This document shows, piece after piece, positions 34,485-46,459 of a stretch of 64,000 nucleotides of DNA (position 1 is its first letter; each line of letters starts with the position of its first letter). The DNA is from Sporopachydermia quercuum. Taxonomy: Eukaryota. The DNA lies in contig BCGN01000004.1 of assembly GCA_001599295.1 (NCBI GenBank), forward strand, positions 686,138 through 750,137, given 5' to 3'. The notes beneath the pieces were generated by a model. The model was not told the origin of the DNA, searched no databases, and was given only the letters and a program-made list of their open reading frames with translations. The position numbers were made by a program, and so were the translations under genes.

Positions 34485-35634
34485 TCAGAAAATGGTGTAA
34501 GATAGATAGAGAGAACAATATATAAGCTGTATGCAATCCCAATTGTTAGATTGGCTCAGAAATATANAGGTTAAATGAATGAAACATAGTATCTTCATGT
34601 TTTAATCTGCTGTCGTATAAATAACCGTAAGTAACAAAAAGGACTTGACAAGAATGAAGTGAAGAATAGTCATATGATTTCATTGGTACTCAATTAAGAT
34701 TAGGAAAGAGTGCATATAAGTGCATCAAACATACGTAGTGTAACTTTTCTTATTTGGATAGAAATGGCGAGAAAGGACAGTGGAAGAGGAGTTTGATTTT
34801 GCACAGGCTAAACGGTTTATTTAAAAGACAAAGCAGAAACTTGCTAATTAATCCCGAAACTTGATAATATATGTAGATTGGTTCTTAAAGCACGCAGAAT
34901 ATATTTAAGAGGGTAGTTCAGGAGAAAGCCTGAGACTTTTAGCTTGTGGGGGCAACACTTGAGATATGTTTCAGATGGTATTATGTATCAACAGACATAA
35001 AAAACACACAACTCAGGCAACAAATTGTTCAGCGGAAATGCTTCCACATGTTGCCCAAAGTTCTCTTTTCGACCTCTTATATTCTCTAATTTCTTCTCTT
35101 ACTCGAGAATGAAATGTAGGTACCTTCCTGTGCACTTTAAGTTTCACCGATTCAGCACCTTCCCCCTTATGCCTCTATATGAATTATAATGCAAATAATG
35201 CATATAGTCACAGATTGCTGCATAGCCAACCATCTCCGAGATTTTCTCAGTTGTTCTTTATTAGCAGAACAAACACAGCATTTCTTATTGCGAACTAGTT
35301 GCTAATCAACGAAGACATTATGATTTATTGAAATAACGACTAATCATTNATAATCCTATGTATTAATTCAGCTACTGTCTAGTTGCATATACTGATTTGA
35401 TAGCAGAGTGAACCAAAAGAAGTTCAAGCTTCTAATAGGGAATAAGGTCTAGCCTAAGTTTTAGCACAGCTACAATCCATCGATCATTCAGTCACAAACA
35501 ATTGCAGTATAGAACTGGTTGTATAATATAAGTTACCATACAACTTTCATAACGTCGTTCATCTTATCAATGAAGAAAAATAAAACAGAATTGTCATAAA
35601 TACTACTTTTCCTTTCATATTAAATTCTCACAAG

Positions 35635-38538
35635 ATGTCAATCAAACTACGAACACCTACAGAAATCGGCACATCAATAAACTATGCACTGGAAGATGTA
35701 TTGGTGAGGTTTATTGTTAACTGTCCAGCAGAAGATAGAAGTACTATAGAGGTAAGTAGACAGTTTTCAATTGCTATCAAATCAAACGCATAAAACCATT
35801 ATTGACAATATGATGATAGACCTGTAACTTTCACTAACATACTTTTCCTCTAGCGTCTCTTCTTTCAAATAGAAGAAGGTCATTGGTACTATCTTGATTT
35901 TCTTAAAGCAACCTATGATTCTTTACCATACTACAATCTAAAGAAATTTTCAACGAAAACAATAGAGTATTGTCCTTCTGTTTGGAAATGGTCTGAATTT
36001 TCTTATGAAGAAGCATTAAAACTATTTGGCTTATATAAAGCAACTATCCCTGTAAGAGGGGCTATTATTCTAAGCAACGATATGAAAGAAGTGTTACTAG
36101 TACGAGGAATGGGAAGTAAATCAAAATGGGGATTTCCAAGAGGTAAAATCAACAAAGATGAAGCTGACGAAATATGTGCTGCAAGAGAAGTCGATGAAGA
36201 AATTGGGGTTAATGTTTTACCTTTGATATCACCAAAAGATTATATTGAACGTGATATGATGGGTAAGAACTATAAGTACTATATTGTCTCAGGACTGAGT
36301 AATGATGTTATTTTTGCTCCTAAAGCGAGAAACGAAATCAGTCAAATTGCTTGGCATAAAATCTCTGCTTTAAAGACAAGCAATTCTCATGAATATTTAG
36401 GTGTACTTGAAGTAGAGAATCAGTTGAATCGCTGGATAAGGAATAAAAAGAAGAGCAAAAAAGCAGGAAAGCAGAAGAAGAAAGTAGTAAACAATGAGAT
36501 ATCTACGAATAATGAGAATCAATCGAATGAAAGTTCCGATGGCAAAAATGACGGTTCAATGTCTGATCAAATTGCTCATGCTCAACTTCAGCTAAAAGCA
36601 TTACTTGGCTTATCTGTTACGGGATCAGCCGATGATAGTACTACTGGTACTGAAACAAGTACAGAACAAAGNGAAACTCTCAATGAAACCGAATCCGGTA
36701 AAAATGCTTTACTCAAGCTTCTACATAAAACATCTGACAATGCTACTAAGCCAGAATTTACGGCGGAAAGTAAATCAGATCCCGAGAGCCTGTCATCTGC
36801 TCAGAAACCAACTGATGAATCTGTCAAACCTCCTCAACTATCAGCATCCTCAAATCAATCTTCAACGGCTCCTTTCAACCCTTTGCAAATGCCATATCCT
36901 TATTACCCTGTCCACAATCCGGCCCAAGGTCACAGTTTCGGTATGGGTTTCCCACCTTTTGGCTTCCCACCAAATGGAGCAAATCTACCACCAAACGTTC
37001 AAGCACCTATTATTCCTTTTCCTGGAGCTCAATTGTCTAATATGTCTCAACTCCCTNTTGGAAGTGTTCCAAGAGGTGCTCCTGGATCCCTACCGCTTAT
37101 GCCTAATGGTTACCCATTCTCTGTCTTATTTGCCCATCCATTTCCTGGTGGTATGAACCCTCAACAACAAGTTCATTCGCCACCAACCAACAATCAACCA
37201 GCTCCTATGATTCCCAGCCCCAATTCGATTCATTTACCGCCTGATTTGCCTCCGACCATTGCGCCGACACCTGTACAGGAAGCAGCTATAGCAAATATGG
37301 GTATAATGCAAGCTCCAGATTCTAGGAGTTTTTCCAAGCCTGCTTTTGCTTTCCAAGGACGCTTACCAATTCAAAGAGGCACTGGCGAGAATTCTGCTAA
37401 GTTGTTGTCGTTATTGAAATCAAATAACAAACCAGTGGCATCAAATGATGAATCTAAGAGTANTACTACTGCTAATACCACCAATGCTACAACGACCATT
37501 GATAATGAACATCTCCCTGCTGTAAACCATGCAGCTGCTTTATTGAATATAGTATCAGGGAGATCGGCAGAGAAAAGCCCTGTAGCCAATGAACCAAAGC
37601 CCGATACTGAACCTTCTCCGGAAGTTGTTACTTATGCTGCTCCCGCTGCTCCTACGGCTTGTAAAGAAGAACCATCAAAAGGCGAAGCAGCAAAATCATT
37701 ACTTGGATTATTGAGGAAACCGACTCAGCAGCCCATTGGTTCTAAAGATAACTTCCAGGAGGCGGCTGCAACATCAGAAAACGATAACACTCTTTTAACT
37801 ACTACGAATGCACCAGTTAAGGTTATAACTCCAACTGCATCTAGGAACACCAATAACTATTCAGATTTAAATGACCATACAACATCAAGCAAAGCTAGTG
37901 GTAGTTCACAGTTACTAGGAATCCTTCATAGAAAGCCACTAACTGATAGTAGTGATGCCATGAATAATAGTAATCTGAATGAGTCAGACGCTGCAACTAA
38001 TGGCAATAGTCCAGCTGTTACTACTGCTACAAGTGCAACAACAAGTGCTGTAACAACCACTACCGACAACGGTAATGTTCAGAATGTTGCTAATGGTAAC
38101 AGCTCCGCCAAATCCCTATTGGGTATTCTGAATAAAAGTAAAGCAGACTCCCAAGTATTTGATAATACTTTCAACGCTCAGCCAAGTGTACCAGCTTCAG
38201 CACCAGCGCCAGCACCAACAGTGCCTTCACAATCAGGATCAGCTATTAGTTCTGCACCAGCAAATCATCTACTTGGGCTTTTACATAAAAAGCCTCAGGC
38301 TCAGGCTCAGGCTCCAACCTCCAATTATCAAACTGTAGATTCTGTTCAAGGCTCAGATACTGCAAGCAGAAGGAAATCCAATGCCACTGCTTTACTTGGT
38401 TTACTGCATAAGCCTGAGAGTAAGAAAGCAGATAATCCTGTTGATTTAGAACCAGAAGTACAACAAACCAATGAAGAAAACAGAAATGCAACCCAAGGAA
38501 ATGCTAAATCGTTACTTGATTTGTTACATAGAAGATGA
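35635..38538 (+). CDS. DCP2: mRNA decapping enzyme Dcp2; exons 35635-35751, 35854-38538
   Basis: Box A LEDVLVRFIVNCPAED..IE/RLFFQIEEGHWYYLDF, Nudix box WGFPRGKINKDEADEICAAREVDEEIG, disordered tail with LLxLL repeats. Confidence 0.95.
35752..35853 (+). other. DCP2 intron (102 nt)
   Basis: GTAAGT, CACTAAC at 35832-35838, TAG; phase 0. Confidence 0.92.
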
Positions 38539-38570
38539 GTGACTGAACGGACAGATAAATAGAGGAAATG

Positions 38571-38657
38571 TATAGTAATAGCAATAGTAATCGCAATTGC
38601 AATTGCAATAGTAATAGTAATAGTAATAGTAATAGTAATACTACGAATAGTAATAGC
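38571..38657 (+). repeat. Degenerate (AATAGT)n hexamer microsatellite 3' of DCP2
   Basis: Run of AATAGT/AATAGC/AATTGC units. Confidence 0.85.
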
Positions 38658-39735
38658 TCTTGTAATACTAACAGCAATATTCACCACACTTATAACAAAC
38701 AACACTTATCTTATATTAAACCTCGTACTCTGCTTCTCAATTTATTGTATTAGATAATTATCTTGTATATATAAAATCAAATCGACCGTTTACCCAACCC
38801 AAGTAAGTGCCTAAAAGAATGATAGCCGCGTACAAGAATCGAAATTAATGAAAATGATTAAAAAGAGAAAATAAGCTAACAATATACGATATTTATGCTG
38901 GTATCTTTGATAGTATTTTACCAACTAACTACCAATCAAACAGCGCAGAAACTCATAAAAGTCATAATAAAGCAATGTAACAATGACATCAAGGGAAGGT
39001 CAATAACAAAAAAGAAAGCAGGAAATCAAATACTTGAAAGCATCTAACAGACATTATGCTTATAATTGTTTAAGTATGAAAAAATTACTTTTGTTCGAAT
39101 ACAAATAATTAGCTTATGATAATTAGGCAGAATAAGATAAGCTAAATCCAAGAGAAAAGAAAGCTGAAAGTGAGAAAGAACCGAAAATATAGGTGATTGA
39201 TTCCAGAGCCATTTCGAGGTCTCTGCATTATTTTGAATAACATGAGCGAGTTCTTCAGATTTCTCATACTTTTCATTGCATTCAACGAATAAAAATGGAA
39301 CTGTATGCTATGTTCTATCTTCAATTGTATTAAAAGACGACAGAATAATGGTGAATCAGGATCGAAATGAGTTTATTAAGATGACGGAAGAAGTGAAAGA
39401 ACAAACAATTCATTCCACTGTACTGAAAGAACAATCTGTTCATTTCAGCAGTCAGATTGGCAGATAAATATTAGTTTGAAATACCGACGGGAAAGTAGTC
39501 GCTTTTCCTGTTTCTTTGTTCGTTTATTTGTTTCTTCGTTTGTTCGTTCACACATTGATAATGTGAGTTTTATGTTCATAGTATGAAAGTATGACCAACA
39601 TATATAAAACATTCAAAGCTGACTACTGCATTTCTGACTCCTAGCTTGCGTTTTCCATCATCCATGATAAATCATCACTTTCTCATACATCTTCAAGCCA
39701 AATATAGTTCTTTACCTCCTCTCTTCCACTTTCAA

Positions 39736-40966
39736 CTACAGAATAGCACAACAATTGTGCGATTCATCTTCCTGCGACACCAGTAAAGAATTCCTTGTTG
39801 CTACTTCAAAAATATCATCAACACCTTCACCAGTCAAAGCAGAACATTCCATATACCTTTTAGCACCTAGTTCTCTTGCTAAATCTTCTGCTTCAGTAAT
39901 AGAAACAAACCGTGAACCTTTTTCTCTCAATTGCCTTATAACATTTGAATCTGTTCGCAGATCACTTTTCAATCCTACAAATATCACTGGTGCTGTAGGA
40001 GCAAATTGCTCTGCCTCTGGTAGCCACTAAAGAAGGATCAGTTAGTAAATAAGCAGATATTTATGTAACAAGGCTCCTATTGCATTTCGTTCTTACCTTA
40101 TTTCTAATATTATCTAGTGAATCTCTTGAATCAACAGCAAAGCCTATTAGGATGACATGGGCATTTGAATACGACAGAGGGCGTAATCGCTAGGACATGT
40201 TAGTTTTTTGTCGATAGTTGAAATGAATTGTATAAGTTTATGATTATAATTAACGTAACAATTGATATGTATGATGGCATAGAGTGATGTCATCCGATGC
40301 CATATAACAATAACATTACTGCAGTGCCATCTATAGCATTTGACTATAACCCTTTTGCAGAGTGATTCTTCATCGTCAATAAAATGGATAAACTTAGTAA
40401 ACTTATTCCTATCAGAAAGAACATACTTCATACTCTTCTTGGCCACTTTATTCATTAACATATGTTAGTAGTTGATTTGATATGGGTTCAAGATAGTAAA
40501 TGACTCGCTATTCATTAAGTTTAATAAGGAGTTCTACTTACGCTGTATCCCATAAAGCTAGCTGAACAGCTTTGCCATCAACGCGACAATCAGTCACGTA
40601 ATTATCAAATACTGTTGGATGCTGTTTGAGAGGAAATAGGTTAGTATGATAAAACATGGTATTATATGATAATCTCTGCTTCTACTGTCATCCATGATTG
40701 GAACAACTTACATATTCTGTCGGAAATTCTCCCAGTGTGAAAACGTAAAGCAAGGAAGTCTTCCCGCATGCACCATCACCTATTATCACGATTTTCCTAT
40801 AAAAAATAGTTAGTTATTAAGATATTTCTCATCAAAATCATGTTTATGATGTAGCATCAAATAGCTGGTAGCAAGCAAGTTGCAAGCAAGTAGCAAGCAA
40901 GTAGCAAACAGCAAACACAACCAATCAACCAACTTACCTCCTTATAACTTCAGAACCTCTAGACAT
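39736..40966 (-). CDS. RHO2: Rho2 GTPase (198 aa), six exons: 40966-40938, 40796-40712, 40621-40542, 40445-40427, 40189-40097, 40026-39736
   Basis: Spliced protein [46 protein letters not shown]...WDTAGQEEYERLRPLSY...GLKSDLR...ECSAL...CCAIL. All five introns are GT-AG with ACTAAC-type branch points. Confidence 0.95.
40265..40379 (-). ncRNA. Candidate intron-encoded two-hairpin (H/ACA-like) RNA in RHO2 intron 4
   Basis: Two adjacent stem-loops with internal loops, then ACA+3 nt. G-U pairs favour the intron-sense strand. No canonical ANANNA H box. Confidence 0.35.
40868..40911 (+). repeat. 11-bp tandem repeat (GTAGCAAGCAA x4, imperfect) in RHO2 intron 1
   Basis: gtagcaagcaa gttgcaagcaa gtagcaagcaa gtagcaaacag. 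Confidence 0.8.
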
Positions 40967-41577
40967 GCAGTGGAAATATCTAACTTCTGTTCTGATTTAT
41001 AAACCTATGTTTCTTCTATGTTCTTTCTTTTGTATATAACGCTTCCGAAGGATCAATATTGAGAAAACCTAAGTATCAAGCAAACGTTTTCTTTAATATC
41101 AGTTGAATTCAATAGGCGCTTCCTTTTTTCTCTGAAAGTAAAAAATGAATGATGAATGCAAGTTGATATCAGAGCTTCTAAGCGGATTCTAATCTTTAGT
41201 ACGATGTCTTGTATCAATACCAAATCTTGTTACCAGCTGTAAACAATTATATATCCTATCAAGTGTTGTATTGTACTGTAGCAGATAATCTAAGGCCCGG
41301 CTCTTTTCCGTTCTTAAACTCCTGAAACAAAATTTTTGCAATTAGTCAAGCTTTGAANTTGATTTGTCTTTTTGTTATAATAATGCCTTTGTATTGATAC
41401 CAAGAGTATCATCCATCGATTTATCAAACGAATCAACCAATCAACTACACCTAGCAAAGCAAAGTTCTATGATATATGGCAGTTCTTANATGAAACTTTC
41501 ACAATGCACTACTTACTGTTATCAAAGGTAAAAAAATAAGCTATAGGCTCACTTCCATTCTCCTTATTCACGATACA

Positions 41578-41619
41578 AGTTCAGTTCAATTCGATTCTAT
41601 TCAATTCTATTCAGTTCTG
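41578..41619 (+). repeat. Imperfect pentamer repeat (NNTTC)n between RHO2 and NST1
   Basis: agttc agttc aattc gattc tattc aattc tattc agttc. Confidence 0.7.
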
Positions 41620-42472
41620 CTCACCACGGAACATTATTGATTTTGCATTCTCTCTATTTCATTTGCTGGACATGGAGCCGAACTAAAGCCTCGCTCAACT
41701 CTGTTGATGGAGTTGCTTGCTTTATTCTGTAAGGTTCGTAAGTGTTTGNAGTTTAGGGTTTGATATGACATAATGTCATGTACGGAAGGAGAAGCTTGAA
41801 AAAGGAGAATATAATGGAGAGTAAAAAATGGAGGATAAACATTGATGAGATAGAAAAAATTCGTCTTTTCGTATAANCTTTGCTACAGTTGTATTAGTTT
41901 GATTGTGAGTTTTGTATTCTTTGTTCTATGGGTATGTATGGTAATGAAGAAATTGGTATATGATAAGTTTGTATTGTTTTACAGGTACAGTTTAAACGCC
42001 AAAATGTGACTAATGAAATAAGGTTGAAACGTGCATGGATTGTACATGAAAAACCGACTTTAAAGTTCCAGACTTAGTAACTAATTAATATTCTTGTTTA
42101 ATTGTTTAACGCGTGGACATCAGGCGTTCTTAATAGGAACTATTATAATGATAGTAATGATAATGGATGNATATGAGTAGAAAGCGTTTAAGATATGGTT
42201 GAATAGTCATAGATACATTACTACAGAGATAGGAGGGCTTAAAATAGTATGGGAACTGAATTGAAATTGTAGTAGTTTTCAAAAGTATTTACAACATTAG
42301 GTTTCATTCAATATATGGCGATGGTGATTTTAGCAATTGTCAAGAGTTTATAATATGTAAAGAAGGGTCTCTTTAATAGTATAGAAATTCGTAGACAATG
42401 AGACAATCAGGGCAAAACACATAGAGACATGCATAGAGATACACATATGTAATAATATAACACCCTGTTGTT

Positions 42473-45400
42473 TTACCATCCGCTGAAAGCATTCAGTTTT
42501 GAGATACCATGAGAACCACTGGCACTTCGTGTAGGTGGATTAGAGCCAAGATTACTGAATCCACTGGAATGGTCTGTATTCTGTNAACCAACACCCATCG
42601 AGGTATTCATTTGATTCCCAAGTGTAGAGCCATCTCTTAACATATTACCAAACATCAAACCATTAGGCAAACTAGGATTAACATTACTTGGAGGAGGGAC
42701 ACTCATATTGAACTGATACACTTTAACAAAAATAAGCCCAGCCAGCTCATCACCAGCCAGTTCAATATACGTAGCAGCACCGGGTTCATTCAACGTACAA
42801 GATTTCAACAACTCTCCTTCAGGAATGGTGATATGAGGATTCATTTGTCTAGCAGCATCAACAAGCCTTTGAAGTTCAATTCCCCTAGGATCAGTTCCTT
42901 CTCCATTTAATTTGAGGGCTTCATATGTTTTAATAACAACGTCTCTAATCATTTCATTACTGCTAGGGCTATTTGAAGAGAAAGATTGACCAACTGTCGT
43001 TCTCGTATTCCAAATGGGACTTCTTCCTGAAGGTACTGTTGGTAACATGGTATCTTGTCTGGGGTCTAGTAACGGATCATCAACAGGTCTTACTTCTGGT
43101 TCTGGTACTGTTTCCTTAGTAGAATTCCAGACATTAGATTGATTTCCTAGTGAAATTCCCCAGTTATTACTATTAGGATTTGAGAAGAGTGAATTAGACG
43201 CAGTTTCATCATTCAGATGAGTTCTTCCTACTAGTTCCGATAATCTGTCCACTGCAGNATCAAAACCAGTGTGGGAATTACTAAATCCATTGTTAGTTGA
43301 CGGCCAGGGGTTATTAGCTGGTGGGATATTTGCATTGAGACCTTGGTTTAATCCTTGTCCTAATCCTTGATTGAGACCTTGATTCATTCCGGAGTTCAAC
43401 CCTTGGCTCAACCCCTGACTTAGGCCTTGGTTTAGGCCGCTGTTGATACCCTGACCTAATCCTTGATTTAACCCAGTATTCATAGCTTGGGTTATATTAT
43501 TAAATCCTTGATTCATTCGTTGATTCATATGACCTGATAGGTGATTGGGACCTCCTAAATTTCCCACAGAACTATTATATGTTCCATCCAAGAAAAGAGA
43601 ATTATTTCCAGAATACGNTGGCGACAAAAGGTTAGGCTGAGCTCCAAACGAACCTTGCGGTATAGAAATTCCAGGGGGCATATTAGGTATACCATAACCT
43701 GCTGAAGATGGACCACCAGAAAGCAGTGAAGGGAAAACACCTGTTGATGCACCTGGTGGTGCTGGGGCAGAAACTGGAGTAGGCGGAAGCTGAGGGAAAG
43801 GAATTGTGCTATTGATATTTTCATTTCGATTCTCAAACGGTGGTGGAATCTGCTGAACATTAGGTGCATGTGAGCTAATGCCACCGGTATCTACTTCAGT
43901 ATTTGCAGCTAAGTTACTGCTGTTCATGGGACCAGCAGCATTGGAAGAACCAATAGTAGTATTTGATGGACTATTCCCTGTTGTTGAACCAATATTTTTC
44001 GGAGCTGGAATGACAGGTGAAGGGTTATTTAAAGAGCCCATAGAATTAGTACTGTTAGGTTTATAAAGAGTATTTAGCAGAGTTTTTCCCTTGCGGGTAA
44101 GTTCATCCACTTTTGATGCTTTACTTAGCTCTTCACTTTCCTTCAATGCTTTAGCTTTGGCTTTGGCCTTTTCTTCTTCTGCTTCTTTCTTGGCTTTCAG
44201 AGCTTGTTCACGAGCAATTCTCTCCACTTCTTCCCTTTTCTTTCTTTCTTCCTGTTCTTCCTTTTTCTTTCTTGCTTCTTCCTCTTCCTTCTGTTTCTTC
44301 TTAACTAAAGCTTCTTTCTCTTTCTGGGCTCTTTCCAATTCTTCAATTTTTCGGATCCTAGCCTCTTCAGCAGCTTTTCGTTCATTCTCACGTTTCTTTC
44401 TTGCCTCTTCCTTCTTTTTCCTAGCTTCTTCAGCCTTACGTTCCTGCTCTTCTTTTATTTTCCTCTCAGTTTCAGCTTTTTCCGCTTCTTTCCTCAATCG
44501 TTCTTCCTCCTTGGCTTGTTTCTGCTGTCGCTTCTTATCTCGCTTCTTTTCTTTCTCCTTCAGCTTTTTCTCTTCTTTCTCTTTCTTTAGCCTTTCTTCT
44601 TCAGCCAATTCTTCCAAGAATCTTTCCCGACGTTCATCAGCTACTCTTTCACGATATGCTTGTAACAGTCTTTGATGGAACATTCTAGTAGTGAATAATT
44701 GGATCATACGTCTTCCTTCTTCGATACGTTGTTCTTCTGACATGGAATCTAAATCGTCTTCGTCTTCATTATCGTAGTAATCGTTTTCATCATCCTCATC
44801 ATCATCCAAATCATCCTCATCGTCGTAGTAACCATCAGACTCCTCAAGATCAGCTGACAAGCTTTCCGGGTCATCGTTGACTCCATCACGGACTTCACGA
44901 ATATCCCGATCTCGGTTTTCTCTACCTTCTTCTCTTGCCAGTCTTCTTTCTGCTAGTTGTTCCATCATTTCAATGAACTTTCGACCGTCGTTTTTTAACA
45001 AATCATCAGCTACTGTCATTATACCTCCTTGGGCTTGGAAATTACTACTGAAGTTGAATATTGATTCTAAAAACTCCTGAGATCTAGAAGGTGGCACTGA
45101 AGGTCTGGGTATTTCTTCAGCGTCTTCTAGTACTGATTCTTCTGATTCCGAGAGTGTTGCGTCTTCAGGTAGATCAATTTCTTCTTGATTCGTATGTCCA
45201 GGCACTTGCTTTTGACCATTGTTTTGAAGAATTGAATGATTGGTATCTTGTTCATGATCATTATGGTTATGGTATTGGATATGGCCATTATTGAGGTCGT
45301 GATTGTGTGTTTGAGAAGAGTTGTGAATGCTATGATTGCTGAAGTTGTTCTGTTGTAGATGTTGATGGTTATGCTGATGTTGATGTTGATGTGGAAGCTG

Positions 45401-46459
45401 AAACTGCTGTTGATCCTGCGTTTCATGCAGTAGATTTGGATCTGTGTGTAAATGTTGATTCTGACCGCTCTTGTGATTATGATGGTGGTGGTGGTGATGA
45501 TGATCGGAATCATATCCCTCATGGTCATCAAGGTCGTCATCATGATCGTCCTCATCTTCATCTTCTTCTTCATCGTCATAATCGTCATCGTCATCGTGGT
45601 TATGGTCATGGTCGTGAGGATGAAAATGGTGATGATCGCTATGCCTATGCCGATGTAACCCTTGATTAGGAGAGTGACCATGAGCAGCAGCTACTGCACT
45701 GTTGTTAAGCAAAGTAGGTAAAGCATGACGTATATCTTGAACCATTTTCGCAGCATGAGGATCAGATTCATCATAATGAGGAAGACTACTTGGCCCAATA
45801 TCAATTGAACCAGTATGAATTCGATCAGGATCAGGCGATATCATATTACCTTGCTCTAGCTCGGCATAGTAAGAGTCATACAACATTTCTAGTTCTTCTT
45901 CTATTGCNGTTCTTTTTCTTCCACATACAGAACAAGAACAACTGAGCTTTTGTTGATCTTTCATTGCTTTCAGTACAGCATCTTTTTCAATTTTCACTAA
46001 ATCTTTCCGCTCTTTTTCCGACAGACTTAGCCAAAACTGCTTTACACCTTGCTGCTCTTCTACTGAGCTCATATTCCATATGCTCGCTTTCCCATTACCT
46101 TTTGATTTTTTCTTTGATCCGGAAACACTTTCACCCGCTCTACCATTAGCTATAGCTGCGGAAGCAGTAGCTTCAGCTATTGATTGAGATGATAATGGAT
46201 CAATTCCACGAACAATGACATCACCATTAGGGCCTTGTTGAATAATACGAGATGTAGGATATTCTGAATCTAAGTCCTCTTGATTGGAGTTTGCTGATTT
46301 CGACTTCTTCTTCTTCTTCTTTTTCTTCTTTTTACCCCCTGCTGAACTCACTTGAGATCCTTGATGTGAGGCAGAATTTGATTGTGCGTATTCAAATTCA
46401 ACGTTTTGTCCGGCTATCAGTTTTTCATTCCCTGTTGGTACTGAAACGGATGATGACAT
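42473..46459 (-). CDS. NST1: Stress response protein Nst1
   Basis: ATG at 46459. [66 protein letters not shown] motifs, E/K/R coiled coil. Next to RHO2 as YNL091W/YNL090W. Confidence 0.93.
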   Translation of the reverse strand: MSSSVSVPTGNEKLIAGQNVEFEYAQSNSASHQGSQVSSAGGKKKKKKKKKKSKSANSNQEDLDSEYPTSRIIQQGPNGDVIVRGIDPLSSQSIAEATASAAIANGRAGESVSGSKKKSKGNGKASIWNMSSVEEQQGVKQFWLSLSEKERKDLVKIEKDAVLKAMKDQQKLSCSCSVCGRKRXAIEEELEMLYDSYYAELEQGNMISPDPDRIHTGSIDIGPSSLPHYDESDPHAAKMVQDIRHALPTLLNNSAVAAAHGHSPNQGLHRHRHSDHHHFHPHDHDHNHDDDDDYDDEEEDEDEDDHDDDLDDHEGYDSDHHHHHHHHNHKSGQNQHLHTDPNLLHETQDQQQFQLPHQHQHQHNHQHLQQNNFSNHSIHNSSQTHNHDLNNGHIQYHNHNDHEQDTNHSILQNNGQKQVPGHTNQEEIDLPEDATLSESEESVLEDAEEIPRPSVPPSRSQEFLESIFNFSSNFQAQGGIMTVADDLLKNDGRKFIEMMEQLAERRLAREEGRENRDRDIREVRDGVNDDPESLSADLEESDGYYDDEDDLDDDEDDENDYYDNEDEDDLDSMSEEQRIEEGRRMIQLFTTRMFHQRLLQAYRERVADERRERFLEELAEEERLKKEKEEKKLKEKEKKRDKKRQQKQAKEEERLRKEAEKAETERKIKEEQERKAEEARKKKEEARKKRENERKAAEEARIRKIEELERAQKEKEALVKKKQKEEEEARKKKEEQEERKKREEVERIAREQALKAKKEAEEEKAKAKAKALKESEELSKASKVDELTRKGKTLLNTLYKPNSTNSMGSLNNPSPVIPAPKNIGSTTGNSPSNTTIGSSNAAGPMNSSNLAANTEVDTGGISSHAPNVQQIPPPFENRNENINSTIPFPQLPPTPVSAPAPPGASTGVFPSLLSGGPSSAGYGIPNMPPGISIPQGSFGAQPNLLSPXYSGNNSLFLDGTYNSSVGNLGGPNHLSGHMNQRMNQGFNNITQAMNTGLNQGLGQGINSGLNQGLSQGLSQGLNSGMNQGLNQGLGQGLNQGLNANIPPANNPWPSTNNGFSNSHTGFDXAVDRLSELVGRTHLNDETASNSLFSNPNSNNWGISLGNQSNVWNSTKETVPEPEVRPVDDPLLDPRQDTMLPTVPSGRSPIWNTRTTVGQSFSSNSPSSNEMIRDVVIKTYEALKLNGEGTDPRGIELQRLVDAARQMNPHITIPEGELLKSCTLNEPGAATYIELAGDELAGLIFVKVYQFNMSVPPPSNVNPSLPNGLMFGNMLRDGSTLGNQMNTSMGVGXQNTDHSSGFSNLGSNPPTRSASGSHGISKLNAFSGW
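43331..43474 (-). repeat. Coding 12-nt tandem repeat in NST1: 12 x G[LIM][NGS][QSA]
   Basis: [48 protein letters not shown]. Confidence 0.85.

Noticed and set aside
33528..35634. TPP riboswitch near the THI5-like gene
   Set aside because: No CTGAGA...GATC..GATAATACC-type aptamer core or 5' intron found.
38346..38753. ORFs of 119 aa (-) and 61 aa (+) downstream of DCP2
   Set aside because: Produced by the AATAGT microsatellite; not in the DCP2 frame, so not readthrough.
40147..40461. 104-aa ORF spanning RHO2 intron 4
   Set aside because: Out of frame with RHO2, starts inside intron 3, no recognisable protein features.
44091..45681. Long antisense/alternate-frame ORFs over NST1 (similar ones over IES2, RAP1, TMA46)
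   Set aside because: Shadow ORFs of low-complexity coding sequence.
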